Of a stretch of 32,000 nt of DNA, positions 1 to 9,414 are shown in pieces. Position 1 is the stretch's first letter; each line of letters begins with the position of its first letter. Position numbers and translations under genes: made by a program. Below the pieces are notes generated by a model. It had not been told where the DNA came from. It did not search any database and saw nothing but the letters and a program-made list of their open reading frames with translations. Source of the stretch: an uncultured bacterium (GTDB lineage: Bacteria > Margulisbacteria > WOR-1 > CAVSGV01); the NCBI GenBank assembly GCA_963699255.1, contig OY969425.1:1020001-1052000 (forward strand), written 5' to 3'.

Positions 1-67
1 AAGACCAGGGCATAAGGATAGGTGGTGCTGCCATTGACCATCATGTTCACTGTTTTTTCGGCCGCGT

Positions 68-3000
68 TCAGGTTCTTCTTGACCCGACCGTTGCAGCTTT
101 CTTCCCCCGGGTCCCACTGCAGGATGGCGGTTTGCAAATTCTTTTCCCCAGCGTTATGGGGTTCTTTATGGTCTTGTATTCATTTCCCACCTGGATCTTG
201 AGATCTTTAAGGCGCTGATCATCATTGACGTTAAAATACAGGCTGTTAAAGACTATCCCTTTATCTTTCATCTTCTGCGCAAGGCTGTTCAGGAATTCCT
301 TCGGATTATCAAGCGCCCACTGCTCGTTCTTTTGGTCCGCCTTTTCAGATTTGGTCCCTATCATGGCGTTCACGGCGGCGGGCGTCAGGTATCCTTCATA
401 GTTTTTGACGAATGCCTGTATAAAATCCCAGCCTATGCTGATGGAGCTTTCGCCCTGAAAGTAATCTTTATCCTTTGCGTGGCACGGCTTATCATCATTT
501 TCAGCGAAGAACGTTCCATTTTTTTTCGCTTCGACTTCTTTCTTGAACAGGATCTCCTTTAATCCTATCACCCTGGTATTATCCACAGCTTCCAGGGCTT
601 TTCGGTTGGCGGGCGTCGGCATTGTTAAAAGGGAATAATGGATAGGGTCCCACAAAAAGTCATATACGAGCTTCTGCCATATGCTCTTACTGCCCTTTTG
701 ACCGCCTTCCTTTGCCGCTTTCCTTTGGGCCTCCTGATCAGCGATGTACTCTCTTTCTTGTTTGGGCTCCGCCTCCTGGGTGACGCGTGAGATAACGTTA
801 TATAGCCGCCTTAAGATAATTAGGACCTGGTTGGCTTCCTCCGTGGCCTCCACATCTTCGGTCTCCCCGTTCTTTAAAATGACCGATTCATTCGCATTTT
901 TGATCATGTCCTCATCAATGTAAAATCTTCCATCCTGCACATAATCCGCCACCCTGTTTATGGCACGAATTTGGTTCGGGTCAAGCTGCTGCTTATAAGG
1001 GCTGTTACTGGCGAGCTTATCCTGCCAGTTGGCCAACGCTCTTAAATAGGCCGGAGATAGATAATCTGTCCCTTCTATCGTCAAAGTTTTGCCTTTCATA
1101 TGTATAGGATTAGGCGCGTAGCCCTGATCAGCAAGATAGAGCATTATGCTGAGTATCGGCAGTTCTTCGACAACTTCATGGTGATCCTTATCGGGATTCA
1201 ATGATATTGTATTTATATTGTCCCCTGATATTATCTTCCATGTCTTTTTGACAACTTTTTTGACAATAGGTTCCCTGACGATCTTATATCCCGGCGCCGC
1301 CTTGTCCTGCTCATTTTTATTTTCCGATATGTGGGACATGTTCGCATTTTCGGAAAGCAGTGACTGGGCCATGGTCCCGTCTATCACAAGATATTCCTTT
1401 TCCTGTTGATCCTTTATGAGCGGGACATCCTTCAGGGACGCGTAATTTTTTGTCATTACCCCCAGAATTTGATCGGCAGCCGATAAAAGGCTGTTTTGAT
1501 CCAGCTTTTCAGCTGAAGAAAGGCCCAATTCATCTATCAGTTGCTGGGCAATGAACCCCCCGAGTTCCGAGATCTTCGCGATCTTCTTCTTCTTTTCCTC
1601 CAGATCCATCTGATTATTTTTGATTATCTGCAAATTGCATCCAATATTGAATTTGATGTTCAATTCCTGTGCGTTCAAATTCATGATCTGACCGTTCACC
1701 TGCTTGTTGATGAAAGCCTCATATTGCTTAAGGTAAGCTTGCATGGCTTTCTCGTCTATCGTTCCCCCATCTTTCTTGGCGGACGCCCGCAACTCTTTTT
1801 CCTTTGCGTCCTTTTGCTTTTCCGCGGCATCTTTTTGCTTCTTTATTTCATTTTTTATGTTGGCACTCTGTGTTTGAATGTTCGCCAGATATTCATCGTT
1901 CTCTTTGCGTGTGCGGTCCAGCTGCCCAAGGACTTCGTCAAGGTTTTCTTGAGATATTTTCTTTATTTCCGCGACTATAGATCCCTGCATATATTTAATG
2001 AGCCCGCCCTGGAAATTTTGAGCGCTGGTTTGCTTCAATAAATCAGATATCACCTGCAGGGCGACATTACAGGCCATTTTCAGGTCCTCATCAGCGGTCC
2101 CCCCTTTATCTTTGTCCACCGTTTTTTCAAGCAATTTGAACGACAGCCCCAGGAACTCGGCCGGCTGGTTCTCTTCCGGGCTCAGATCCGCGTTCTTATA
2201 TCCGGAAATATCATATACAAGGTCCGTATCGGTTTGCGGGTCTTTTCCAAGATGAAGGCAATTGACCAGCAAAGGTTTTAATATGTCCATCTCAAAACAT
2301 TTCGGGACATCCACAGGCCCTGAAAAAGATCCGTTCTCAAAATAGTAGATCTTCAGGTCCCTTACGGCGTCAGCGGAATTCGCGGCTTTTTGGGCCTCCT
2401 GAAAGACCTCATTTATCGCCTTTTTATCATCCGCACAGACAGAGCTTTCGTTTGATATTTTTTTCATAATATCCTGGGAAAGCCCGGCAATGACAAGTTT
2501 TCCATTTAAATATGTTATCGCCGCGGTGTTAAGTCCTTGAATATACGTTATTGTGGCTGGCGCCAGAGTAACGGCTTTTTCAGCGCTCCCCTTTACATAG
2601 ACCAGGATCAGTTTTTTGCCGGCTCCGGTCATCGCTTCCAGGCTCTGCCGCACCTCGCTGACCGAGCTTTGCGATCCGCTCTTTGCAATGGCCGCCTTAA
2701 TGGCCCTGTCACGATCCTCGCAGTCTTTAGGCGAATAGGCCGTAAGGGAAAGATGTTTCAGGATACTGGCGGGCAATCGCCCTCCATACCGCGATAAGAT
2801 ATTTGAAAGTATTTTCTCCGGGTCATCCTTTGTATCGGCCCTGGCCTGCTGGATAATGTCCCTGATATCCTGGTCCTGGGCGAGACACGACAGGAACTCC
2901 TTTAAAAATGGATCGTTCGAAGGATAACTGATATTGACTAAAAGTCCCTCATCCTGCGTCCCGTCGCTGAGGGAATACTTCACTTCCTTGGCAATACCCA

Positions 3001-3634
3001 CCTGGCCGGAAAAGGAATCAGGAAGGACCTGATATGTTAATAGCCCTTTTTCCAGAAGATCCAGGTTCTTGCTGTATTCGCTCCAGAGAAGATCATTGGC
3101 GGGTTCGTCGTAAGGCGTAAGCAATCCCACTTTCCTGGCCAGCAGGCGTTCTCCGAATTTACAGAAATCCTTTTGTCCGGAGTAATAAATCCCGATCTTA
3201 TCTATAAGGCTTTTCAGTTTGGCCAGGTATTCCTGCTGCCCTTCTAGCGTTTCCGGCACAGCGTCCAGAGTTTTGGAATTATCCCCGCCAAAAATATCCT
3301 TTGTGAGCTTTTCGGCGTCCACCGCTCCGCAAACGTTACATATATATGTATCGATATCTCTTTTTATCTCCGCGATCCGGAGGTATCTTTTATAAATGGT
3401 CCTGGCTAACTTTAATTGCTGCGCAAACAAAAGGTCCTTTTTCTCGGCATCGCTCTTATTTTTAAAGTCCGGGTCGGACATCGTAGTCTTCCAGATGGCG
3501 TCAAATTCATCTTTAAAATTATCAACAACAGTCCCGTCTTTGTTCATTGTTGTGTAGAACCTGGCCATTTTAAGGATGAAAGAATCCGCCCTTTTTTTCT
3601 CTATTCCATGCGCCGGATCTTTATAATACTTCAC
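68..3634 (-). CDS. hypothetical protein, large, no recognised domain, central coiled-coil-like segment; C-terminus probably frameshifted and the true gene probably continues past position 1
   Basis: 1188-aa open frame, GTG start at 3634 overlapping the upstream stop (GTGA). Charged heptad-like stretch (LDRTRKENDEYLANIQTQSANIKNEIKKQKDAAEKQKDAKEKEL). The last ~25 residues look out of frame (see finding). Confidence 0.8.
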   Translation of the reverse strand: MKYYKDPAHGIEKKRADSFILKMARFYTTMNKDGTVVDNFKDEFDAIWKTTMSDPDFKNKSDAEKKDLLFAQQLKLARTIYKRYLRIAEIKRDIDTYICNVCGAVDAEKLTKDIFGGDNSKTLDAVPETLEGQQEYLAKLKSLIDKIGIYYSGQKDFCKFGERLLARKVGLLTPYDEPANDLLWSEYSKNLDLLEKGLLTYQVLPDSFSGQVGIAKEVKYSLSDGTQDEGLLVNISYPSNDPFLKEFLSCLAQDQDIRDIIQQARADTKDDPEKILSNILSRYGGRLPASILKHLSLTAYSPKDCEDRDRAIKAAIAKSGSQSSVSEVRQSLEAMTGAGKKLILVYVKGSAEKAVTLAPATITYIQGLNTAAITYLNGKLVIAGLSQDIMKKISNESSVCADDKKAINEVFQEAQKAANSADAVRDLKIYYFENGSFSGPVDVPKCFEMDILKPLLVNCLHLGKDPQTDTDLVYDISGYKNADLSPEENQPAEFLGLSFKLLEKTVDKDKGGTADEDLKMACNVALQVISDLLKQTSAQNFQGGLIKYMQGSIVAEIKKISQENLDEVLGQLDRTRKENDEYLANIQTQSANIKNEIKKQKDAAEKQKDAKEKELRASAKKDGGTIDEKAMQAYLKQYEAFINKQVNGQIMNLNAQELNIKFNIGCNLQIIKNNQMDLEEKKKKIAKISELGGFIAQQLIDELGLSSAEKLDQNSLLSAADQILGVMTKNYASLKDVPLIKDQQEKEYLVIDGTMAQSLLSENANMSHISENKNEQDKAAPGYKIVREPIVKKVVKKTWKIISGDNINTISLNPDKDHHEVVEELPILSIMLYLADQGYAPNPIHMKGKTLTIEGTDYLSPAYLRALANWQDKLASNSPYKQQLDPNQIRAINRVADYVQDGRFYIDEDMIKNANESVILKNGETEDVEATEEANQVLIILRRLYNVISRVTQEAEPKQEREYIADQEAQRKAAKEGGQKGSKSIWQKLVYDFLWDPIHYSLLTMPTPANRKALEAVDNTRVIGLKEILFKKEVEAKKNGTFFAENDDKPCHAKDKDYFQGESSISIGWDFIQAFVKNYEGYLTPAAVNAMIGTKSEKADQKNEQWALDNPKEFLNSLAQKMKDKGIVFNSLYFNVNDDQRLKDLKIQVGNEYKTIKNPITLGKRICKPPSCSGTRGKKAATVGSRRT

Positions 3635-4632
3635 CAGAAGCTGTTCATTCTCCAGGTTTTCGGCGCCCCTCCCGGCTCCGCCATTGTTGCCGGACCGATA
3701 TCGTCCTCCACATCCTTTTCGTTTTGAAGGATGTCCTTTATGTCCCCCTGCGACAGACTTGAGTTGAATTTATTCAGGCATTCCTTTTGCGCGTTTATTA
3801 TATCTTTTAATTGATCATTGCTCTGGTCAATGAAGTTCTCCCCGTATTCGATGAACATATCATTCATTTCTTTCGTACCGATCTGCTGCCCGCCCTTAAG
3901 TGGTTTCTTGCATTGTTCGGCCAGCTGGCCCAGCGCGCCGTAGAGCGGATCTTCGCCGGTAGCAAGCCTTAAAACATATTTTCCCCCGTTTTGGCAATGC
4001 ACATAATTTATATCGGCGTCTTTCACATTGAGACAGGCAACGCCCAGCGGGACATCTGTTCCGTTCACATTGCCTCCCAGCGACACAAAGACCGTTCTTT
4101 CAGTTTTTATGTCTTTCAGCTCCTGCAGGTTATCGTCCATTTTCCGGACATAAGCATCCACCACCTGGCGCGGACTATTATTGTAAGCGGAAAAAGCCCA
4201 CTTTAAAGAAGTCAATAATTGAGGGGTGTCGTCATAATTGATAGCGTATCCCAGGCTCTCGAGCATTACAACAAAGGTCTTTAGTGCGAAATATTCCTCG
4301 ATCCCGGGAGCGTTATTTTCCAGCAGCTTTGAACTGTTCAGGTTGTTCTTAACGCAGTTCATGACCTTCCGCGCAAAGTCCGGGTCGTTCGCGGGAGCGA
4401 TCGGATCAGAGGAGTATCCTGTTTTCTCAAAGGCAAAAGAAATGTACGCGTCAACGGGATCGGTGGAGTTCTTGGATGAATCGATGAAAAGCGCGGAAGA
4501 ATTCTGCGGCGCTGTTATGGGAGAGTAAGAAGATGTCCGGTTCCCTGCCGGCGCTGACTGGTCTTTCGTCCTGCTCCCCTGATATACCGCCCCATTCGTA
4601 CCCGGATCGGTTTTATTGACCTCTAAGCTCAT
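3631..4632 (-). CDS. hypothetical protein, no recognised domain
   Basis: 333-aa ORF, AAGGG SD-like sequence upstream of ATG, 10-nt gap from the upstream gene, 4-nt overlap with the downstream gene. Confidence 0.8.
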   Translation of the reverse strand: MSLEVNKTDPGTNGAVYQGSRTKDQSAPAGNRTSSYSPITAPQNSSALFIDSSKNSTDPVDAYISFAFEKTGYSSDPIAPANDPDFARKVMNCVKNNLNSSKLLENNAPGIEEYFALKTFVVMLESLGYAINYDDTPQLLTSLKWAFSAYNNSPRQVVDAYVRKMDDNLQELKDIKTERTVFVSLGGNVNGTDVPLGVACLNVKDADINYVHCQNGGKYVLRLATGEDPLYGALGQLAEQCKKPLKGGQQIGTKEMNDMFIEYGENFIDQSNDQLKDIINAQKECLNKFNSSLSQGDIKDILQNEKDVEDDIGPATMAEPGGAPKTWRMNSFW

Positions 4633-4642
4633 TTGTTTTCCC

Positions 4643-6301
4643 TTATGAATTCATGATCTGGGACAACCCTTTTATATCTGCCCAATTCTTGTTTTTCATG
4701 TCTTTCAACCAATTTGACAGGTTATTATTCGCATCGTCTGTGATAAGTCCATTAATTTGCGCTTTCAACCACTGGTGCAGCCCCGTGACCTTTGAACTAT
4801 CATTATCTTTGAAACTGATAATTTGATTGATCAGGCCTGTAATTTTCGCTCGCTGTTCATTAAAGGCCTTGCTTTGTGCCGCAAGATCCGAATACTTGGC
4901 TTTTATTGGATTATACCCGTTGAAAGCTTTTCCAATGTCCTTTTCAAGTGATTCGACCGTTGCTGGTGGCTTCGGTTGTTCGTGGTGCTGAGGGTCCGTA
5001 ATCTTGCCATCCTCTCCTTTAAGCTGCATGATCAGTTTTGACTTGTCCGTGTATTTCCCCGACGGCAAATGCAGCAGATAATCTACGCATTTGGCCTTTA
5101 GATCCTGTTCGGACATATAGGCCTTTATTCCTGATAATTTGGAAAGATCATAATCGGTGTTATTGATCTTTTTAGCTTTATTTTCCATCCATTGAGAGAG
5201 GACCGTTTCCAGAGCTTCTGTATTTTCCGGATGGTTTTCCTGGCAGGACAGGTAAAAGTTCTCGGCCGATTTAACGAGATCTGTTTTTGTAGCGTACAGC
5301 TTCGCCAATTCCGCCAGATTGATATACTTATAATCGGCCGGGTCTTCGGCTTTGATCTGCTCGCGGATCTCGATCTGTTTATTGATATCAGAGTTCTCAT
5401 CTTTTGCAAGATCATCCTTTAGCTTTTGGACCTTCGAAGGCTCTGTAACTTTGTCCCCGTCCGGGTCATCCTTCTTCGCCTCTTTTGTAATATATTTCAG
5501 GATGCTCCCTTCACTTATATCCCCTTCGAACTTGGGCAGCTTGACCGTTATCTGGAATGTTTGTTCCTGGACCGTGGTCCCTAATTTGGATATTAACGGA
5601 AGGGAAGCAAGGAATCTGCCTACCGATTCCAGGTCGACAACCGTTGTCTGCCCGTGGAATCTTTGCGTTAAAGCATCATATGCTTCCTGTGTAAGGTAAG
5701 CTTGTAGATCCTTGAATGTTGTATCTTTTGTTATTGGATGGTCGCCGATCTTGCCGCCCACAATCTTATCTCCCGCGTTGATCACCGCGTCCAGGTCAGC
5801 CATCTCAAAGCCTACCGCCGTATTGTAAAGCTTTATCGCGTCATTTTCGTCATTCAAGCCGAAAGCCAACTTATATTTTTTAATGGTATCATTGAACAAC
5901 TTGATGTCTCCCGCGGTTATTTCCTCGTCAGGAGCGCCTTTGGTATTCATCTTCATGAGGATCAGATCGTATAATACCGTGGATATCCCGAGTGTCTTCG
6001 CCTCATTTCTATCGATCATCTTGTCCATCAATATTGCATTTTCATCTATGCCCGTTAAATGATTTTGCGTGACCCACAGGCCAATGAATGTCCTGGCCAA
6101 AGCCATATCGTCCCCGGCGTCATTATTGTTCGGATCCTTCGCCTTGGGATCGTTCTGTCCAGGCTCGGTCTTCTTATCGGATACAAACGCCGAGCCGATC
6201 TGATCAGAAAGCAGATCATACTTTATTTTTTGGCGCAAGCTTATTATCTTCTTTTGATTCTTCTTTTGCCTCAAGGAATTGATCACGAAATTTCTTATCA
6301 T
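4643..6301 (-). CDS. hypothetical protein, no recognised domain; the start may be an internal TTG near 6238
   Basis: 552-aa ORF. The track start overlaps the preceding ORF by 86 nt in another frame; TTG at 6238 would reduce this to 23 nt. Confidence 0.75.
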   Translation of the reverse strand: MIRNFVINSLRQKKNQKKIISLRQKIKYDLLSDQIGSAFVSDKKTEPGQNDPKAKDPNNNDAGDDMALARTFIGLWVTQNHLTGIDENAILMDKMIDRNEAKTLGISTVLYDLILMKMNTKGAPDEEITAGDIKLFNDTIKKYKLAFGLNDENDAIKLYNTAVGFEMADLDAVINAGDKIVGGKIGDHPITKDTTFKDLQAYLTQEAYDALTQRFHGQTTVVDLESVGRFLASLPLISKLGTTVQEQTFQITVKLPKFEGDISEGSILKYITKEAKKDDPDGDKVTEPSKVQKLKDDLAKDENSDINKQIEIREQIKAEDPADYKYINLAELAKLYATKTDLVKSAENFYLSCQENHPENTEALETVLSQWMENKAKKINNTDYDLSKLSGIKAYMSEQDLKAKCVDYLLHLPSGKYTDKSKLIMQLKGEDGKITDPQHHEQPKPPATVESLEKDIGKAFNGYNPIKAKYSDLAAQSKAFNEQRAKITGLINQIISFKDNDSSKVTGLHQWLKAQINGLITDDANNNLSNWLKDMKNKNWADIKGLSQIMNS

Positions 6302-7196
6302 TACATGCTTTTACAATAGCATCTTTTACCTTGCTGATATTATCTGGAGTTATTTGGAATTTGACTGGATCTTTAACCATTTCTGTAATGATCTGCGTTT
6401 TCGCCGCCTGCGCATTCGGATCTGTCCCTACAGGTAAAGTTTCCAGTTCAACCATTCTGCTTTTCAACGCCGTCTCAGCTGCGCTCTTTTTATCCGCTTC
6501 GGTTATTATATTTTTTGCATTTGAAAGGGTGGGGTCGTCTTCATCAATGCGAAGACTAACTGCTTTGTTATAAGCCTGCCTGATCTGTTCAATGTCCTTG
6601 GATTTAAGAGCTGCTTCAAGCTCGCCCATCGCTGTCTTTTTTTCTTCTGCTGTGCTTCCCTGTTCCAGTTCAATGTCCGGTTTTTCATTTTGCTTTTGAT
6701 CGACAAAGCTTTTGGTTAATTTCTCCGTATCTTTAATTCCCGCCGCGCTGCAAAGCTCGGTAATAAAGGCCTCATTGGATATTTCCGAAAACGGGGTTTT
6801 CTTGTCATCTAATTGTTTCATTAACTGAAGAACATCTATTCCCTTACCTTTTAACGTACTTCTTACCTCTGAGAGGTCATATTTGCCTGTTTCAACAGCA
6901 TCGTTATTAAAGATATCTCCGATCTTATCAATCACTTTTGCCGAAGAAGTATTACTCCTATCGTATTTTCGCATTTCAATTTTGATATTTTCAATATCGC
7001 CTGAGTCCGGCTTGTCGTCGCCTTGCGCTAAAGCTTCTTTGCTCCCGAAGATAAGAGCTATATCTTTCACGTTGTCATTGCAAAAGAATTTGCTCAGCGA
7101 GGCCCCCAGATCATCATATTTGGTTCTGGTCGGGTTGGTCCTTGCTTGCAAGTTTGTCTTTGCATCTACCAATTTTATTCTATCTAAATCTCCCAT
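6216..7196 (-). CDS. hypothetical protein, no recognised domain, first gene of the four-gene set
   Basis: 326-aa ORF with strong SD (GGAGGAGAT) upstream of ATG. Confidence 0.8.
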   Translation of the reverse strand: MGDLDRIKLVDAKTNLQARTNPTRTKYDDLGASLSKFFCNDNVKDIALIFGSKEALAQGDDKPDSGDIENIKIEMRKYDRSNTSSAKVIDKIGDIFNNDAVETGKYDLSEVRSTLKGKGIDVLQLMKQLDDKKTPFSEISNEAFITELCSAAGIKDTEKLTKSFVDQKQNEKPDIELEQGSTAEEKKTAMGELEAALKSKDIEQIRQAYNKAVSLRIDEDDPTLSNAKNIITEADKKSAAETALKSRMVELETLPVGTDPNAQAAKTQIITEMVKDPVKFQITPDNISKVKDAIVKACNDKKFRDQFLEAKEESKEDNKLAPKNKV

Positions 7197-7586
7197 TTTT
7201 TATCTCCTCCATCCCCGCCCCTTGGCAGGTTTTATAAATTAGGGTATATAAAACGCAAAAGGCGAAATAGCAGATCTATCGCCTATGTTAATATTTAACC
7301 CTTCACATACATATATTCGTGTTATTAAGCCGAAAACTTGCATGAATTCTCGGTTTTTAGGCGTGCTGATTTTCCGATAAATTGATCTCATATTCCCCTC
7401 TACATAATATATCGTCAAAAATGACCGGAAATTTCATTTGAGAATAATGGCAAATAAAGGCAAAGGATGGCAATTGATGGCAGTGAAAGGGCTTAGGGCG
7501 CAGGATTTAAGGCATATGAAGTTATTGTTTTTACCTAAGCCTTAAGCCGTATGATCTTCAGTCTCTTCTTTTGCCTTCAATCGCCC

Positions 7587-8426
7587 TCATTCCCCTTTTT
7601 CCCTATTATTGAATACTTCATTCTCCAGGAATTCGTAGTTGTTCATCCAGCTGTAATCGCCGTCTTCCGCGGATCTTTGGGCCAGTTTCCTGAACTCCTC
7701 GTTCCTGTCAATGAACCACTCGTAAACCCAGGCGAATTTCTCCAGCGGGTTCTCGTCCCAGGGATTCCTTTTCCTCCTGCCGTCATCAACGACAATCTCC
7801 CCGAACAGGTCCTGGTTCCTGGCAAGTGATTTAAGATTGAACCGCTCCTGCACGTCCTGCCACCTGTCCTTCGGGATCTCCACCTTCCTTGTCGCTATCT
7901 GGTACATCCTGTTCCCGGGCGCGAAATACCTCCTGAATTCCAGCATGTTGTAACCGCTGTCGGCTATGAACCGCATGAACTTCGCGAATTCCAGGTTAAA
8001 ATGGTTGACGGCGTGGCCTATCTCGTGGGTCAGGACCTCGGGGATCTCCTTCAGTGTCAGGTTGTCGAACAGGTATATCCTTTTATTGTCGCTGTCGTAA
8101 GCGCCGCCGGCGTGGACAAGGGTTTTAAGGAGTCTTATCCTTCCTTCCTTGTTCTTCACCACCTGCTTCACGCCTATAAGATGTTGCTTTTGTTTTCGTT
8201 TCTTGAATTTCTTCAGGACATCTTCGATCACAAGAAGTTCGGGGGTGATGAATTTGACGTCCGTGTCAAGGATCTCTATGCCGAATTCCGAAGAAACCCT
8301 TTTTCTTATCGGCATGCCTTCCGGGATCGGGACCGCGTCCGGAACGGTCTTTGGCGCGAGCGGTTGCGTCACCAGAGTGTAATTTATCGGCGAAGTCAGA
8401 ACGCTATTTATGCGCGATATTTCCAT
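7587..8426 (-). CDS. putative zinc metallopeptidase (gluzincin, similar in motif layout to anthrax lethal factor-like domains)
   Basis: EVLTHEIGHAVNHFNLEF (HExxH) followed by ENPLEKFAWVYEWF, a possible glutamate third ligand; no evident signal peptide. Confidence 0.6.
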   Translation of the reverse strand: MEISRINSVLTSPINYTLVTQPLAPKTVPDAVPIPEGMPIRKRVSSEFGIEILDTDVKFITPELLVIEDVLKKFKKRKQKQHLIGVKQVVKNKEGRIRLLKTLVHAGGAYDSDNKRIYLFDNLTLKEIPEVLTHEIGHAVNHFNLEFAKFMRFIADSGYNMLEFRRYFAPGNRMYQIATRKVEIPKDRWQDVQERFNLKSLARNQDLFGEIVVDDGRRKRNPWDENPLEKFAWVYEWFIDRNEEFRKLAQRSAEDGDYSWMNNYEFLENEVFNNREKGE

Positions 8427-8471
8427 AGTTCACCCGAGTGTTTATCGTGTGAAAGAGGGGGAAACTTGCGT

Positions 8472-8559
8472 CCTCACCCCTGCCTCCTCTCCTTATAGGA
8501 GAGGGGAGCTACGCAACCAGAACTAGTAGATTTTGAAAACAATAAACTTTGGGGTGAGG
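8472..8559. repeat. MITE-like or dispersed-repeat-like element with terminal inverted repeats and an internal hairpin
   Basis: CCTCACCCC (8472-8480) ... GGGGTGAGG (8551-8559), 9-bp inverted ends; internal CCTCTCC-TTATA-GGAGAGG (8486-8504). Confidence 0.55.
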
Positions 8560-9414
8560 TTACTTTACCAGCATCGTCCCTATTCCGCGGGTGGTGAATA
8601 TCTCCAGCAGAAGCGAGTGGGGCAGTTTTCCGTCGATTATGTGGACGCGCGCGACGCCGGACAAGATCGCGTCCAGTCCGTAGCTGACCTTGGGTATCAT
8701 CCCGCCGGAGATGGTGCCTTTGTCTATCAGGCCCTGTGCGCTGGAAGAATTTATTTCCGATATCAACTTCCCGTCCTTATCCAGCACGCCGGAAACATCG
8801 GTCATGAGCACAAGCTTGTCGGCCTTCATAAGTTTCGCGATCGTACCGGCGGCAGTATCGGCATTTATGTTGTAGAGCTTGTTGTCCGGCCCTATCCCCA
8901 CCGACGAAATAACGGGTATCTTCCCCAGTTTCAATACTTTCAGGAGTTTAGACTTTTTTATCTTGTCAACTTCGCCCACATAGCCGATATCGACTTTTCC
9001 GTTCACCAGGAGTTTTTTGGCCTTTATAAGGAATCCGCGCCGTCCGGCGAACTGCACAGGCCGTCCTCCGTGCTTCTTAACGATTTTCGCTACTTCGCGA
9101 TTAACTTTCCACAATGCCTTGTCAACAACCTGCATGGTCTCGATCCCGGTCTTGCGGAACCCCATGACGAATTCAACCTTGATCTTCTTTTTCTCAAGGA
9201 GTTTGTTTATCTCTTTTCCGCCCCCATGGACCAGGACGATCCTGATCCCGATCAGGTTGAGAAGCACGATATCCTGAAGGACCTTATCTTTTAATTCCGG
9301 GTCCGTCATTGCCGCGCCGCCGTATTTGACCACAAAAAGCTTCCCGTGGAACTTCTGAAGATATGGAAGCGCCTCTATAACCGCTTCCGCTCTTTTTATT
9401 AAAAATTTATACAT
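8560..9414 (-). CDS. argB: acetylglutamate kinase
   Basis: FVVKYGGAAMTD, VLVHGGGKEIN, GRRGF, YNINADTAAGTIA, LTDVSGVLD motifs; adjacent to argJ/argC. Confidence 0.95.
   Translation of the reverse strand: MYKFLIKRAEAVIEALPYLQKFHGKLFVVKYGGAAMTDPELKDKVLQDIVLLNLIGIRIVLVHGGGKEINKLLEKKKIKVEFVMGFRKTGIETMQVVDKALWKVNREVAKIVKKHGGRPVQFAGRRGFLIKAKKLLVNGKVDIGYVGEVDKIKKSKLLKVLKLGKIPVISSVGIGPDNKLYNINADTAAGTIAKLMKADKLVLMTDVSGVLDKDGKLISEINSSSAQGLIDKGTISGGMIPKVSYGLDAILSGVARVHIIDGKLPHSLLLEIFTTRGIGTMLVK

Noticed and set aside
141-150. Programmed -1 frameshifting at CTGGGGAAAAG in the 1188-aa gene
   Set aside because: The in-frame codons GGG AAA do not form an X XXY YYZ slippery heptamer and no downstream stimulatory hairpin was evident; an indel is simpler.
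68-7196. Calling the four-gene block a defence or toxin system
   Set aside because: No nuclease, NTPase, TM pore or toxin motif could be identified; long unknown proteins alone do not support it.
7240-7400. Riboswitch upstream of the orphan operon (cyclic-di-GMP-like pattern considered)
   Set aside because: Short palindromes are present but the conserved tetraloop/receptor and core residues of classes I know were not found; kept only as a low-interest structured leader.
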